From Ramazzottius varieornatus (lineage: Eukaryota > Animalia > Tardigrada): a stretch of DNA of 62,308 nucleotides. Shown piece after piece: positions 37,383 to 48,489 of this stretch. The DNA is taken from positions 1-62,308 of the forward strand of contig BDGG01000025.1 of NCBI GenBank assembly GCA_001949185.1, in the 5' to 3' direction. Within the stretch, counting starts at the first letter, position 1. Each line of letters opens with the position of its first letter. The notes below the pieces were generated by a model. It saw only the letters and a list, made by a program, of their open reading frames with translations, had not been told where the DNA came from and searched no databases. The position numbers and the translations under genes are program-made.

Positions 37383-37816
37383 CTCGTTATGGCTGTTGTT
37401 ATTGTCGATTGCCTGTCCTATGGTAGTCCGCCTAAAAATAGAGAATACTGATATCCGTGAATAAAGGCTGTGATGTAGCATGCAGGTACTTTTCCGCCTT
37501 CTGTTGAAGCTTCGAGAATTTTCCGCATCCGTTCCACAGTAGGTTTCGTTGTGCTTTCTTACGTAAAAGATCTTCGCTCATCCAATTGTCGATCATCCTT
37601 ATGTTACAGGGATCGTCCATCTATGTTCCCACCGGTACCCGCTCAACGGCGAGTGACCAGTGGACAGGACTCCGGACAAAAGAAACACCTTTTATCACCA
37701 TTTGTCCCCTCTGTTTAGAACAAACCCTTATCGCTGACTTGTGCAAGTTAGACTAATACCGCATTCTCTACTTCCTTGTTCTGTGTACCTATGGTTTTCT
37801 GCATCCATGAATAATA

Positions 37817-38276
37817 GTCCTCCTCACGACGAGCTGTTTATGTCGCAAACGGCTGATTTAAAATTTGAGTTTGCTTGATCAACGGAAATTAGTCGTGAGT
37901 GAGGCAAAATTGGATTTTTCGCAAGTCTCGGAAGCGGGACCGGAAATGCGCGAGTTTTGCGGGGCAGGTTTGTAGGCAAACTTTGCCTCCTGACCAGGCT
38001 GGAATTCATGGTTTCAGAGACTACTCTGTCCTCGACACTAATAGGTATCAAGAAGCCCATACGTGAAACGGTATCTTGCAACGTGAAGCACTGTGCAGAT
38101 AGAGATCAGCTAAGAAGTGAAAATTTGAAAATTTTGAGTCAAGTGTGCAGAGAATGATCCGTTTTCGCTTTCAAGATAAGCTACTCGAGGGTTGCTCATC
38201 TTGAAAGCGAAACTTCGTAATCCACTTTCAAGATCAAGAGAATCAACGGAGTTTTACGACCTGTCGTCAGGAGGAC
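37817..38276. mobile_element. MITE, second copy of the 14849-15322 family
   Basis: TA-gtcctcctcacgac...gtcgtcaggaggac-TA, an inverted near-identical copy of 14849-15322. Confidence 0.9.
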
Positions 38277-39439
38277 TATTCTTCGCGAGATGCCTCTGAC
38301 CCGAATACTTCTTCATAGCGCAGCTTAGCAGTCGACCATTTCGATCGTTCTGACGGGTTGACTCCCACTTTCCAGTAATACTGTATTGAAAATGCTTTTG
38401 TGCGTTGGCTTAAAATATGATAGCAGGTTATACAGGGAATTTTTTCAGGGTTTGCCAGGCTCTACAGCCTTTAGTCGATCCATTCCGGCTGTTCACCGCC
38501 GGGCTTAACACGTACAGTTGAGAAACTTCGTGCGACTGATCTAAGAGGACTTCAGGTACGTGTGAAATTATTGTTACTAAAGAGTAGAAAGTGCCACCGA
38601 AATGTGAAATTTTTACTCCGTGCTTTGACTTCTGTACGATTCATCAGTTAGTAAAGGATTTATCATGATTTGTTTGCAGCGAAATGTCTAAACGAAAATA
38701 CATTGTCGAAAAGCCGGAAACCGATCAGAATAATCTCTTCGTCAACGTCCTTGGTTTAGAGAAAGCTGATATCAACAGCGTCCTTCAGCATTTGGATATC
38801 ATGATTCCTTCGTCACTGCCAGCGGCTTGGGTGTTGATGAACGAGCAAGCAACAGAGGAACTGGTGGGATGCTTCTGCAGCGCATCCAGATGGCTCTGAA
38901 TTTAACCGAATGTGTTTCTTTCGCAGCTTCACATCGTGAGTGACCACCATAACCATTACATATGCGCTAGTTACCAGCTGATGGCGGCCCGTTACTACCT
39001 TACCGAAAAAGTGAAAGAGCAGCCAAGTCGTGTAGCCAAGGTCAATACCGATGCCCGGAAAGACCTGAAGCTGGATGCCATTTCCACTGCCGACTTACAG
39101 ACTCTGTAAGGTAGTAAGTCCCTTTGTTAATTCGGCGTTTTCCTCTGGCGCGGCTTGTAGAGTAAAAAGTTGATTTTACAATAGGACCTGTCACTCTGGT
39201 ATCTGTCGACACTTTCCTTTTTACTCTCGGCGCGATGCCGCTTTCGTCGATCGGATCTCATCGCCTGGTCCCCAGACAGCGCACCGCACGGCAGCAAGCC
39301 GGAACACCCAGCGTACTTCTCCCAAGCAAAGTCTAAGTCCAGTATGTTAAAACGAGATTTCACTCCGGCGCAATTGTAAGGTAGAAAGTCTGATTAAGGA
39401 ATCGCCGTATTACTCTGGTTTAAGCCGATTCTTATTTTG

Positions 39440-40552
39440 TAGGTCCGACGCCATACTCAAGCTCCTGCTTCGCCCACTGAGCCGTCGTCGCACGAGCTGT
39501 TCTTCCCTAGAATACCGGATCCCAGAGTCCTATTTGACCAAGCAGCCGACGTTGACTACAAGAAACGGGCTGTGAATTTCTGGCCTGAACCAGTCACCAA
39601 GAAGCGTCGTAGTCTGTCGTGCGTGCAGAAAATATTCGTGAAAGACATGGACATCTAGCGATGGGCTCTCCCAACAAACCGTGATGTCGGTCTGGCTGGC
39701 TTTAAAGCTTCGTCTTGGTGGGTTACGAACTTCGAACGGTACGTGTGGAGCGAGAGGCTAGTACGGATGTTATCAAGCAAAATATCATAGATTTTTTTTC
39801 TTTTAGATACTATGGCATTTGCGACAGAAAGATTCCCAAGTTTGTCACGGAAAAGTGCCTGAAAGAAGAACAGGTAATGAAGAAGAGCGCAGATGAATGT
39901 ATTGCTCTAGTCAAGTCAAGAATTCAAACCTATGGGCTGGACTGCTTATGGAATGCAGACCGGGGCTTTGAGTACGAGATGCGTCCAGATCTCTGGATTT
40001 TGTCGGCGCAAAACATGTTTTAGCACTCACGCGATCAGAAAGTTCTGTGACCCACAGTTATACGGTTATGATGTGCGTCTCTCCAGATACTCGAAAGTTT
40101 CTACCGGTTCTCTTCCTAACCCTTCAAGAAGACAAGGGTGTCTTTGGGCCCATCGTCAAACGAACCATGTTTAAAGCTAGAAACCTTCATGTGACCGCTT
40201 CGACTTCCGGCAAGATGACCAAGCAGCTGCTCATCGAGTGGTGTGAGAAAGTGTTCTTCCCGCATATGTATCATCACTGCATATTCCTAGCCGATTCTTG
40301 GACGACGTTTGCTGATCAAGAAGCTGTCGAGGAAGTCGAACCTGAAGAGCTCGAGTACGAGATGATCACGATTCCACTCAAAGTAAACGGTCAAATTCAG
40401 CCACTTGACGTCCTGTATGTACAAGGGATACTTCCGAAAGATTTCCAACTGGATATTCCTGAATGATCAGCCTGTGCAGGTGCATCACTGAGATGTGATC
40501 ATTAAACTATATTCCTTGATCTATCGGCAGTTTACTTCACCCAGATTTCAAA
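39440..40552 (+). mobile_element. Second, more decayed Tc5-like transposase fragment
   Basis: Paralogous to 29576-31918: YYGICDRKIPKFV, CLWNAD, THSYTVMMCVSP, FLADSWTTFADQ, GQIQPLDV. Many stops and frameshifts, and it is truncated where the Polinton sequence begins. May extend left to ~38680. Confidence 0.85.
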
Positions 40553-40554
40553 AG

Positions 40555-42670
40555 GGGATGAGAGGCGTTGCTCATATCCTTCCTTCGCCGCACGACCCGA
40601 ACAATAACCTGTGTGGAGCTCGGGCAGTGGTGGTAAGTGTTTCCAACGTCACGGACACCCGAAAAAGATAAGGGGCTGTAAAGAATTCCAGAATGAAGCT
40701 ACAGTCTGAATTTGCCAGGAGGCTTTGCGTTGATGCTGGTGTTGAAGGCCGGTTGGTGGGCCGGTCGATCTGCCGGAGACTGATAAGTTTCAGCGTGTAC
40801 TGGCGACACGCGGCATCCAGCTAATTGCATTCAATGCTAACGCGGATGGCGCGCCGATGAATGACGGCCCGTTGTATCCCAAGCGTGCCGCCTAGTGCTG
40901 GCAAAAATACGATATTTTTCGATATAATATCGGCGGATATTTTATCGCGGTCTTCGATATTCATTCGCTATCGATATTTCGATACGATATTTTTCCGTTA
41001 CCGTATTTTCGATATATCGTATCATATCGCAGCGATATATCGATATTTCCGGAATATTAGTTTTTCGAAATTTCACTGGTCCAAGCCCAGAAACTCACGA
41101 ACCCGATTTCCACATAAAGTGTTAGTAAGATCGAAAGTGTCGGATTCAGCAAAGACATGACTATACCACGACTTCAAACACATGGAAACCTGGACAGAAT
41201 TAGTACCAGAACCGAATGGGCGGAGTGTGCTCGGTACACCATGGCCAAAATCGATTTTTGGAATCAACCATGGTCTTCCGCAAACGAGATATCACGGGCG
41301 AGTTTGCCATTCAGCAAAATATCGATATATCGAAAACATATCGATATGGCGCGACACGATATCGCCGAATATCTCATTGCATTATTCGATACGAGTTTCA
41401 TATCGATATTTTCGATACGATATCGGTATACCGTATCTTTGCCAGCACTAGTGCCGCCATTCTCCACGACAGTGGTCAGGAGGTGAAAGTTGCCGTCTAC
41501 GAAGCCGGCTACACTTTAATCAAAGTCTATGAGCTGCATCACTTCGAAGAAACTGTACGGTTCAATCGGCAGACATGTACATCTGCAAGCTTTCTTTGAT
41601 AGCAAGTCCCACCCACGCGCTATTTCACGCTATACTATGTTTGCAGGTGAACACGGGCTGTTCGACGAAGCGGTCCGTACCTTTGCCAAAGACAAGATCG
41701 TGGCTAGTGGGTTCCCGGCCGGAGTGGTGACTGAGCAGGACAAAGAGGCCAACTGCGCGGGTTGGCGAGACTCTCTCGACATTGTCATATCACCCGACGA
41801 AGTGAAGGACAGCCCCGGGAAGCGTTTTTGCGCCAAGATAGCCATCACCCTCTTGTGGGGGCGGTAAGTGCGTTAGCTGTTCGGACTGCCTTGTTCTGCG
41901 TAAGCTAAATTTAACTGTTGTTTTTTTCGCTGCAGATTCGTTATGCGCGAGGATTACGAACAGACGGAGCACTGCCAAAAGTACTCGCTACATGGAGCTG
42001 ATGGTGGGAAAGAACTATCAACCGAAGAAAGTGCGCTTTGTGACCAGTCAGGTCGCCGAAGTGGTCTGCAAGGAGGAAAAAGAGATCACACGGCAGCGTC
42101 AAGACAAACATCTACGTGGGTATTCGCACCACTGAGATGGCCCGCCTGAAGCTGCTTCGAGAGTGCTTGTGGAAGTTCCAGCCTGGCAAGATCCTCTATT
42201 GTGATACCGACTCGGCCTTGTACCTTCGTGAGGCGCACGAGCCCACCCTACCTCGCGGGGACTACCACGGTCAACTGGCCAGTGAAAACAAGGGCAAGCG
42301 ATGCCTGAAGTTTGCCGCTCTTGGACGCAAGTCCTATATTAAAGTGATGGACTATGGGGAAACGGTGCTGAAAGCAAAAGGCATCACTCTGAACCCCAGC
42401 AACAGGGCAATGCTCAGCTACACGACCATCAAAGGAATGCTGGACGGCACCGACTGGTTTTCAGTCGACACCGAAAACCCTGCAGCATTCATCCGGGATG
42501 TGCATAACGTGGTGGTCAGAACCAGACCGATAACGCGGTGAGATAATGTATCTTTATTTACCTAATTTAACTTACGTGGGTCTAAACTATGTGGTTCACA
42601 GATCGGTTCACTGCACTGTGAAGGGCGGGTGATTGGGCGCGACTTTGTTACTTATCCATTCGGATACAAC
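40555..42670 (+). pseudogene. Polinton protein-primed family B DNA polymerase (pPolB), intron-containing and broken
   Basis: N-terminal NNLCGARAVVV..QSEFARRLCVDAGV, then GYTLIKVYELHHF, GLFDEAVRTFAKDKIVASGFP, motif B PGKRFCAKIAITLLWGR|F, TTEMARLKL, motif C ILYCDTDSALY, FAALGRKSY, LKAKGITLN and terminal VTYPFGY. Exonuclease and motif A regions are not recognisable. Confidence 0.92.
40893..41450. mobile_element. hAT-family MITE inserted in the pPolB gene
   Basis: TIR tagtgctggcaaa / tttgccagcacta, perfect 8-bp TSD GTGCCGCC, and dense cgatat subterminal repeats. Confidence 0.93.
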
Positions 42671-43019
42671 AATATTCCATTCCCGACCGAAGGCACGCCC
42701 GAGCATTTTATTAGTCTCAGCTTTAGCTACAGATTGCGTTGAGAGTGAGAACTTGCGGCGCTGCGAAGCTTTTTCTAATCTGGACGAAGAGTCGGAAGAT
42801 TATACTGCGCCTAATATCGTGGCCGATTGTTTTAGTGGTGGGGAGGTCCGCGAAACCCTTATACTGTAACTTCTACTAACGCAACACCGCCGAGAATGGA
42901 AAGCTGTCCGTTTTCTATTTGATCCATAACATCTTTTGGAAGAGCAAGGTGGCACGGGAAATAAGGCAGAATGCAAAACACATACGACTCTCCAGTGGTA
43001 TTCAAAGCAATCAACTAGC

Positions 43020-43380
43020 ATGGAAAACTCACCGACAGTGAAAAACCTCGACTACCTCACTGTTTTATCCCGGGGAGATGTCCCTGTGTCCGAGCATGCC
43101 AATGATACACTGGTAGACGCCATTTCCGAGTGCTGTTTGCAGATTGTGAATGGCACAGTCAAAATCGAACATGAGAGCGCGCGTCGGAAGCTAGAAAAGC
43201 TAGAAAAGTCTGACCGGGGCAAATATTTTTGACCTTGTACACTGGGTTACGAATCCAGTTAACCAGCCGTTTCGACCCAGAGAGCTAGAGTCGTTTATGC
43301 GGCTACTATGTGAAAACTCCATGCTTGCTACCATGATCACCAACAAGGACTGAAGATTGATGTACACCAGCCTATAGGAT
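43020..43380 (+). pseudogene. Polinton conserved PW-like ORF joined to a PZ-like C-terminal remnant
   Basis: NLDYLTVL...ANDTLVDAISECCLQIVNGTVKI resembles the small Polinton PW protein. GANIFDLVHWVTNP..FRPRELESFMRLLCENSMLATMITN follows in another frame and resembles the PZ C-terminus. Confidence 0.6.
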
Positions 43381-43634
43381 AGGACCACCTCTGGCCTACG
43401 TGCCTCAACTGGACTGGTCAGAAAGCCTTCGGAAGTCGGCGGACTGTGAAACATGCACGAGAGGCCACGTTCTACTATTAATTCTGACTCTGTTTCTGAT
43501 AGCATATTTCGACAAGACGGAAGTAGCGTTAAGTGGTCATTTTATTATTAGGTACAAAGTATCTTGTACATTTTGAGGGAGTGCATCTCGGTAGTAGATT
43601 TAACGCATCTGCATCTACACATTTTCGAGCGTTG

Positions 43635-44117
43635 TTACAAAACTAATTTTTTTATGGCAAATTTTCTCAATAAAGCGTCGTTACTTTTCAAATTTCTCGG
43701 ATACGTAAAACTGAATGCTATTCGGTGTAGTGCGGCGCCACTTATGATAGAGGTAGTAGAGATGAAAGAGTCCACAGAGGTCCGACGAGGGATGCTGAAG
43801 CTGTACATAGTTCTCCTTGTACTTGCCCTCGCAATGAGGAGCCAGGCATCCGATGAATGCAGGAATTTCCACTTCGTAAAATAAGGCCGTATTTCCGAAG
43901 GAATCAAAGAACTCCGCTTCCTTGTCGCTTTGCACCCAAACAGCGACCCAGTGTGTTCCACCGTCTCGGTCGCTGGCTTTAGATGTATTGATAATGACTC
44001 CAAATGGATAACTTCGTTTCCGAGTCTTGATTAGGTAGTCGCGAGGGAAGACCCCACCGTCCGCTGTTTGCCGCATGAGTCGTGATAGAGCGCGTCCCAC
44101 AACTCAAATGTGTCCAT
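43635..44117 (-). pseudogene. Adenain-like (C5) cysteine maturation protease
   Basis: MDTFELWDAL..GVFPRD..IINTS..GTHWVAVW..EFFDSFG..QLQHPSSDLCGLFHLYYL retains the His/Asp/Gln-Cys catalytic set. Frameshifts at both ends. Confidence 0.92.
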
Positions 44118-44124
44118 GCTCGTT

Positions 44125-45431
44125 TGTATGGAAGGTAAGGATTACGGCGCGCATCAACTTCCAAAATGGAATCCCGGTAATAAATGCAAATGAGCGTCAT
44201 CGTTGTCGGAAGGGCAGAATGAAACCGCATATCAAGACCTACAACACCAGTAGGACGGCGACTCAGGCACGACGAGTGACCAAGATCCGGCTCGAATGAG
44301 AAAGCCATCAACGCAAAGCCTTTTCCCCAATGATCGGGGTCAAACACAAGCCCGGTATTCGGGAACATGAGTCCAGTAGTTTCTAGCAATGACAGATATC
44401 CGTCGCTCGTAACCTCTCTCCCGGTTAAAACTGTAAGGGGCGCGACGGCAAGTTTTCCCCGCTGACAATGAAGCCCACTTGACTGAGGTTAGCCGACTCA
44501 GTCTCCAGAGGATTCTTCTTGTAGTGTCCGGCTATTGCGGCACTGTCAACCAGCGCAAGAATGACTTTCTTCGGGATCACACCTCTAAACAAATCATTAC
44601 GTGCGAAACTCATCCCATCCGCGTTGATATGGAGTTAGCTCCAGAACACTCTTTTCCTCAAAGAAGATTAGCGCATTCCGCTTGGCCAAAAGCATTTCAT
44701 GCGCCACGAGGAATTCGGGATCCATCTTAGTCTTTCTAATCTTCAACTGTGCCGGTACGAGGGCTAACTTGATGCCAGTAGGCTCGTCATCACTCGTCAT
44801 GCAAGAGGCGGCTTTTGCTCGATGGAGGACTAACTTCATGTCCATGCGGCTCGGAATAAGCAAGGGTTGCTTGGCTAGCTCGCTCGGAAAGCGCGAACAG
44901 ATCTTCCACGTGGCTTCGCCTTTCAGCTCTAGTTTTCGGGTTTGCTGTCCAGAATTTGGGGCTGTATTGTTGGCTGCCGCGGGTGCGGGCTTGTCGAACG
45001 AGTTGGGCGTGTCCAGAAAGAACCCTTGCAACTCTAGTTGTTCTTTCAAATTTGGGCCATAACCAAGTAAGGTCTTCGCACGATTATCAAAGTTCGCGAG
45101 CTGGGAGACTCCGGTGACGCGTTCACCGTTAACATAAAATTTCTCAGTTTGCCACATGGTCGTTCCAATCATGTTGATCGGGCACCAGAGTCGTACCATC
45201 GGCTTTTCTAACCTTAAAATCCCACAATAAACACGAATTAAGATAGTCAATAAATTCATCAGGGGTTCCGGTTGCTTTGAAGCTGAGGGCCTCCATGTTG
45301 AGACTATCTCCAACCGAATTAATGTATTTCCATTTTCCATCGTCCATGTATGACTGGCTGGGTGGAACCGAGTTCCAATACTCCTCAGCGGTGTTGACGC
45401 AATCGCCTGAAGCCGCGTGAACTTTAGCCAT
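44125..45431 (-). pseudogene. Polinton/adintovirus major capsid protein (PY, double jelly-roll), frameshifted
   Basis: Collinear segments in different frames: MAKVHAASGDC..SVPPSQ..EFIDYLNS..KVRKADG; KTLLGYG..GFFLDTP..KQPLLIPSRMDMKLVLHR; DLFRGVIPKKVILALVDSAAIAGHYKKNP; GFALMAFSFEPDL..GLDMRFHSALP..DSILEVDARRN. Confidence 0.9.
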
Positions 45432-45433
45432 GA

Positions 45434-45960
45434 TTAAGCAGCAAAGGGATTGCTACGGGACGAATGCTGAATAAGTTTCGCTAGTGGGACACCTTTCGCC
45501 GTCTTCTTCTTTGCTGCACGGGTGGTCTTTTTCTCGGAAGATCGTTTCTTCTTCTTTGGAAGAGCGCGAGGCTTCTTTTTAGCAACTGACTTTCGTTTGT
45601 GCTTTTTGATCGTCACTTCCACGGCTTTCACTTTCTTTAGTCTCCTCGCCGAGCGTTTGCGCCCTGTACCTGTTTGCCGAGTTAGACCAGTCAGACCTTT
45701 GATGAGGGCCTTTCCGGTCTGATGGATTGCGCTAGCTGTAAAGTCCTGCCCGCCGGCCACGTCGCAAATTTTCCAATGTTAGACAGTGCAGGTATCATAG
45801 TGTTGCCCACTCCGCGAGCTACTGCTCCAAACAAGTTTCCGAAAAAGCCGTGGCCAACTTGTGCACCAATGCCTACAAATTTAGGGATGGTGCCGCTGCG
45901 TAGCGTACGCCTGGTCCAGTTGTTGGACAACGAATCCATGGGAAGTGGGCTTTCCATCTG
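45434..45960 (-). pseudogene. Polinton PX-like Gly-rich/basic core protein
   Basis: PKFVGIGAQVGHGFFGNLF..IPALSNIGK, then QTGTGRKRSARRLKK and a Lys/Arg-rich tail, directly upstream of the capsid gene. One frameshift. Confidence 0.7.
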
Positions 45961-48489
45961 GACCGAGGCTTTTCATCTTTAGATCGAAGCTGTTCTTCAC
46001 ATATATGATGTGTTCAAAGATGTAATCTGCAATTCATCCAATGACCCATCTCTCATCTAGTGTGTTAAAAGATAAGCTAACCTTCCGGATCTTCCACTTC
46101 GACGAAGGCCAAACCTTCCCTGCCAGACTTCAGGTACGTCGTAGGCAAGTGGCCACCAAACCGTGGTGCTGGAGAGACGACGAAAGAGAGACGACGAAAG
46201 AGAGACGACGAGAGCATCGGTAGGCAGGGCAGATAGTTGCACTCTACGAGGATTACTCGAACCTGTGAAAATTGGAAACTGATTAGGTATTGACGTCAAT
46301 GGTAACACAGAAATCCAAGTTTCACGAGTTGAGAAATGGACAGGTTCGTTCGATTGTTTCACAAAACAAAACACTAACTTGCAGTCACACTGCGTTCCTG
46401 CAGACGGTAGGCTGTCGCAGCCAGTGTGGGGATGTGTGGCTCTGGTGGGGCAGCAAGGAAGACTTTTTGGATGACAAGCTGGGAACACGTATTAATGAGG
46501 CACACGTATCGATGAGGCTGTCAACTTTCCTGCCAAGCAAGTAGACTGAAGACTACCGCGATCCCCGCAGCGAAGTGAACCGTCTGCTTCGACACCTGGT
46601 CTCCGACAGGCACCAAGGCTTGTACCGTGTACCGTGTACTGTTGTCATAGAACGAAGACGCACTGCTTTCCTTCAGCTCGGCTGGACTGGAGATGTCCAC
46701 CAATCCAGACGAGTCTGCCGGCCAAGATGGCTGTCAAGTCTTTCACTTTGGTCAAATCGGCCATGGTTCCTCCTTTTCTCGCCAGCATCAGGGCACTCAA
46801 ACCTTGTCCTTAGCTGGACCGTCTGTCTCGGTTTTTGTCGAGGCGCCCTCCGATGCGGATGTGTTCTTGTCTATGATATCCGCTTTGCTGGCTGCTTTCT
46901 CGCCCTTCGGGGCAGCATTCTTGGAGACTTCATCCGCATTTTCCTTGCGAGCTTTCTTCCTCGCACCACCCATCTTCTTCCAAAATCGAGGCCCCTGCAA
47001 AGAGGAAGTTTTGCTGTCTCCGTAATCGGCAGTACGCTTGTTGGATAAAATCAGAGACAAATCATCGTCGCATTTATGCGTCTCAACCATCCGATGCTCG
47101 AGCTGTTTTTTGATTTTATTCAACAACTTGTGCAAGTTCTTCCTACTACACGAACCACGCTTGTCTCCCATTCCTGAACAACAGCTCAAAACGATCGGTA
47201 CATCGATTTGGAAATACCAGATAAGAGCTGTCTGCGCATCAGAGGGCGCCAGATAGTAAGGCATCTGTAATGCAAGACACATCGACACACAGGAGCTAGA
47301 TTAAGACCAGAGCGTTCGACACACTGATTAAAAATATAGACGAGGCTATTCTTATCAATGGCGTTTAGACAAAAATAGAACAGCTTGTTCCAGCGCTCTT
47401 CATCGCTGATTTCCACTCGACGGCAGTTTTCTCCGGTTTTAGTCACGCATTTCTGGCATCCCATCTGAACTTCCTTGATGAAGACTCGTCGTAGAAGATA
47501 CATACTTGAATAAGGCTACTGCTCGCTTCGTGGTGAGACTAGTCGTAGGTGAATGAATGCTCCGGGCGCTGGAGTTCGTACATAGGCCAGTAAAGAGCTC
47601 TCTTTTAAAGTTCTTTTCATCGAACCGCGACGAATCCCTCGTCGTCGCTGGTGACGGAGGTGAGCACCAGAGGGCAGGAATCGAATCTTTCAGCTTCTGG
47701 TGACACTTCCAAGCATTTCCGGCACGTATGTTAGCCCATCCGTCCTTCACGCCGCAAATGTAACACTGAACAGATCGGCCATCAAGGAAGAAGCCGGCCC
47801 GGGCTAAACCGTTTGAATCGTATTGTCTTTTTCCTGGCTAACAGAAACTAAGGAAGCGGCTGGTGAAGTTCTGCATATGATCATGTTTGCCGAGTATTTG
47901 TACCAGATGACGTGCGTCGCCTGATGACGGCCCAATGTCTAGCGAATCTGGAGTGTCCTAGCCGAATTTCTTTTCCAACGCGAATTTTACTGGCTGTGCT
48001 AGTTTGTACACATTAAGTACGAACTTGCGATTTTCGCTGAGATGTATATGTTGAAAGACCGGATCGTCATCACGACGCCAGTCCTGAATTAGTACTTTAC
48101 AGTATTCACACTGCACAGTGTCATGCTACCCCGTGCAACGCAAGCCGGCTGCCGACGGTGCAACGCTGACCCACAACAGCCGTTGGTGTCTCGAAACGTC
48201 CTCTCGCCACGCTACTGCTTTCCTCCACAATCTCTCCTTCTCTTTCGTTAAAAGCATCAAGTAAGTCACTTATCACCATCGATTGCTTGGCAGGTAACAT
48301 GCGCTCGTACACCTCGAAGTGTCGACTCGATCCAACTGCGTGAACCACGTGATTAGGCTTATGCTATAAAGCCTGCAAATGCTGCATGACTGCTTTCAAA
48401 GTGCCACGCTTGTACTTGTGTTTAAGGCTTGCGTTCGTTCGAACAGCGCAGATCAGGTGATCTGATCTACACTATAGAGCCTGGAAAGG

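Larger units (their letters stand above)
40555..47800. mobile_element. Endogenous Polinton/Maverick (adintovirus-like) element, decayed and internally deleted
   Basis: Clustered pPolB, PW/PZ-like remnants, adenain protease, major capsid protein and a Gly-rich/basic core-like ORF. No TIRs, integrase or packaging ATPase recognised. Right boundary approximate. Confidence 0.9.

Noticed and set aside
40893-41450. Dense cgatat repeats, initially suggesting a CRISPR-like or satellite array
   Set aside because: Irregular spacing, and bounded by TIRs and an 8-bp TSD, so these are hAT subterminal repeats.
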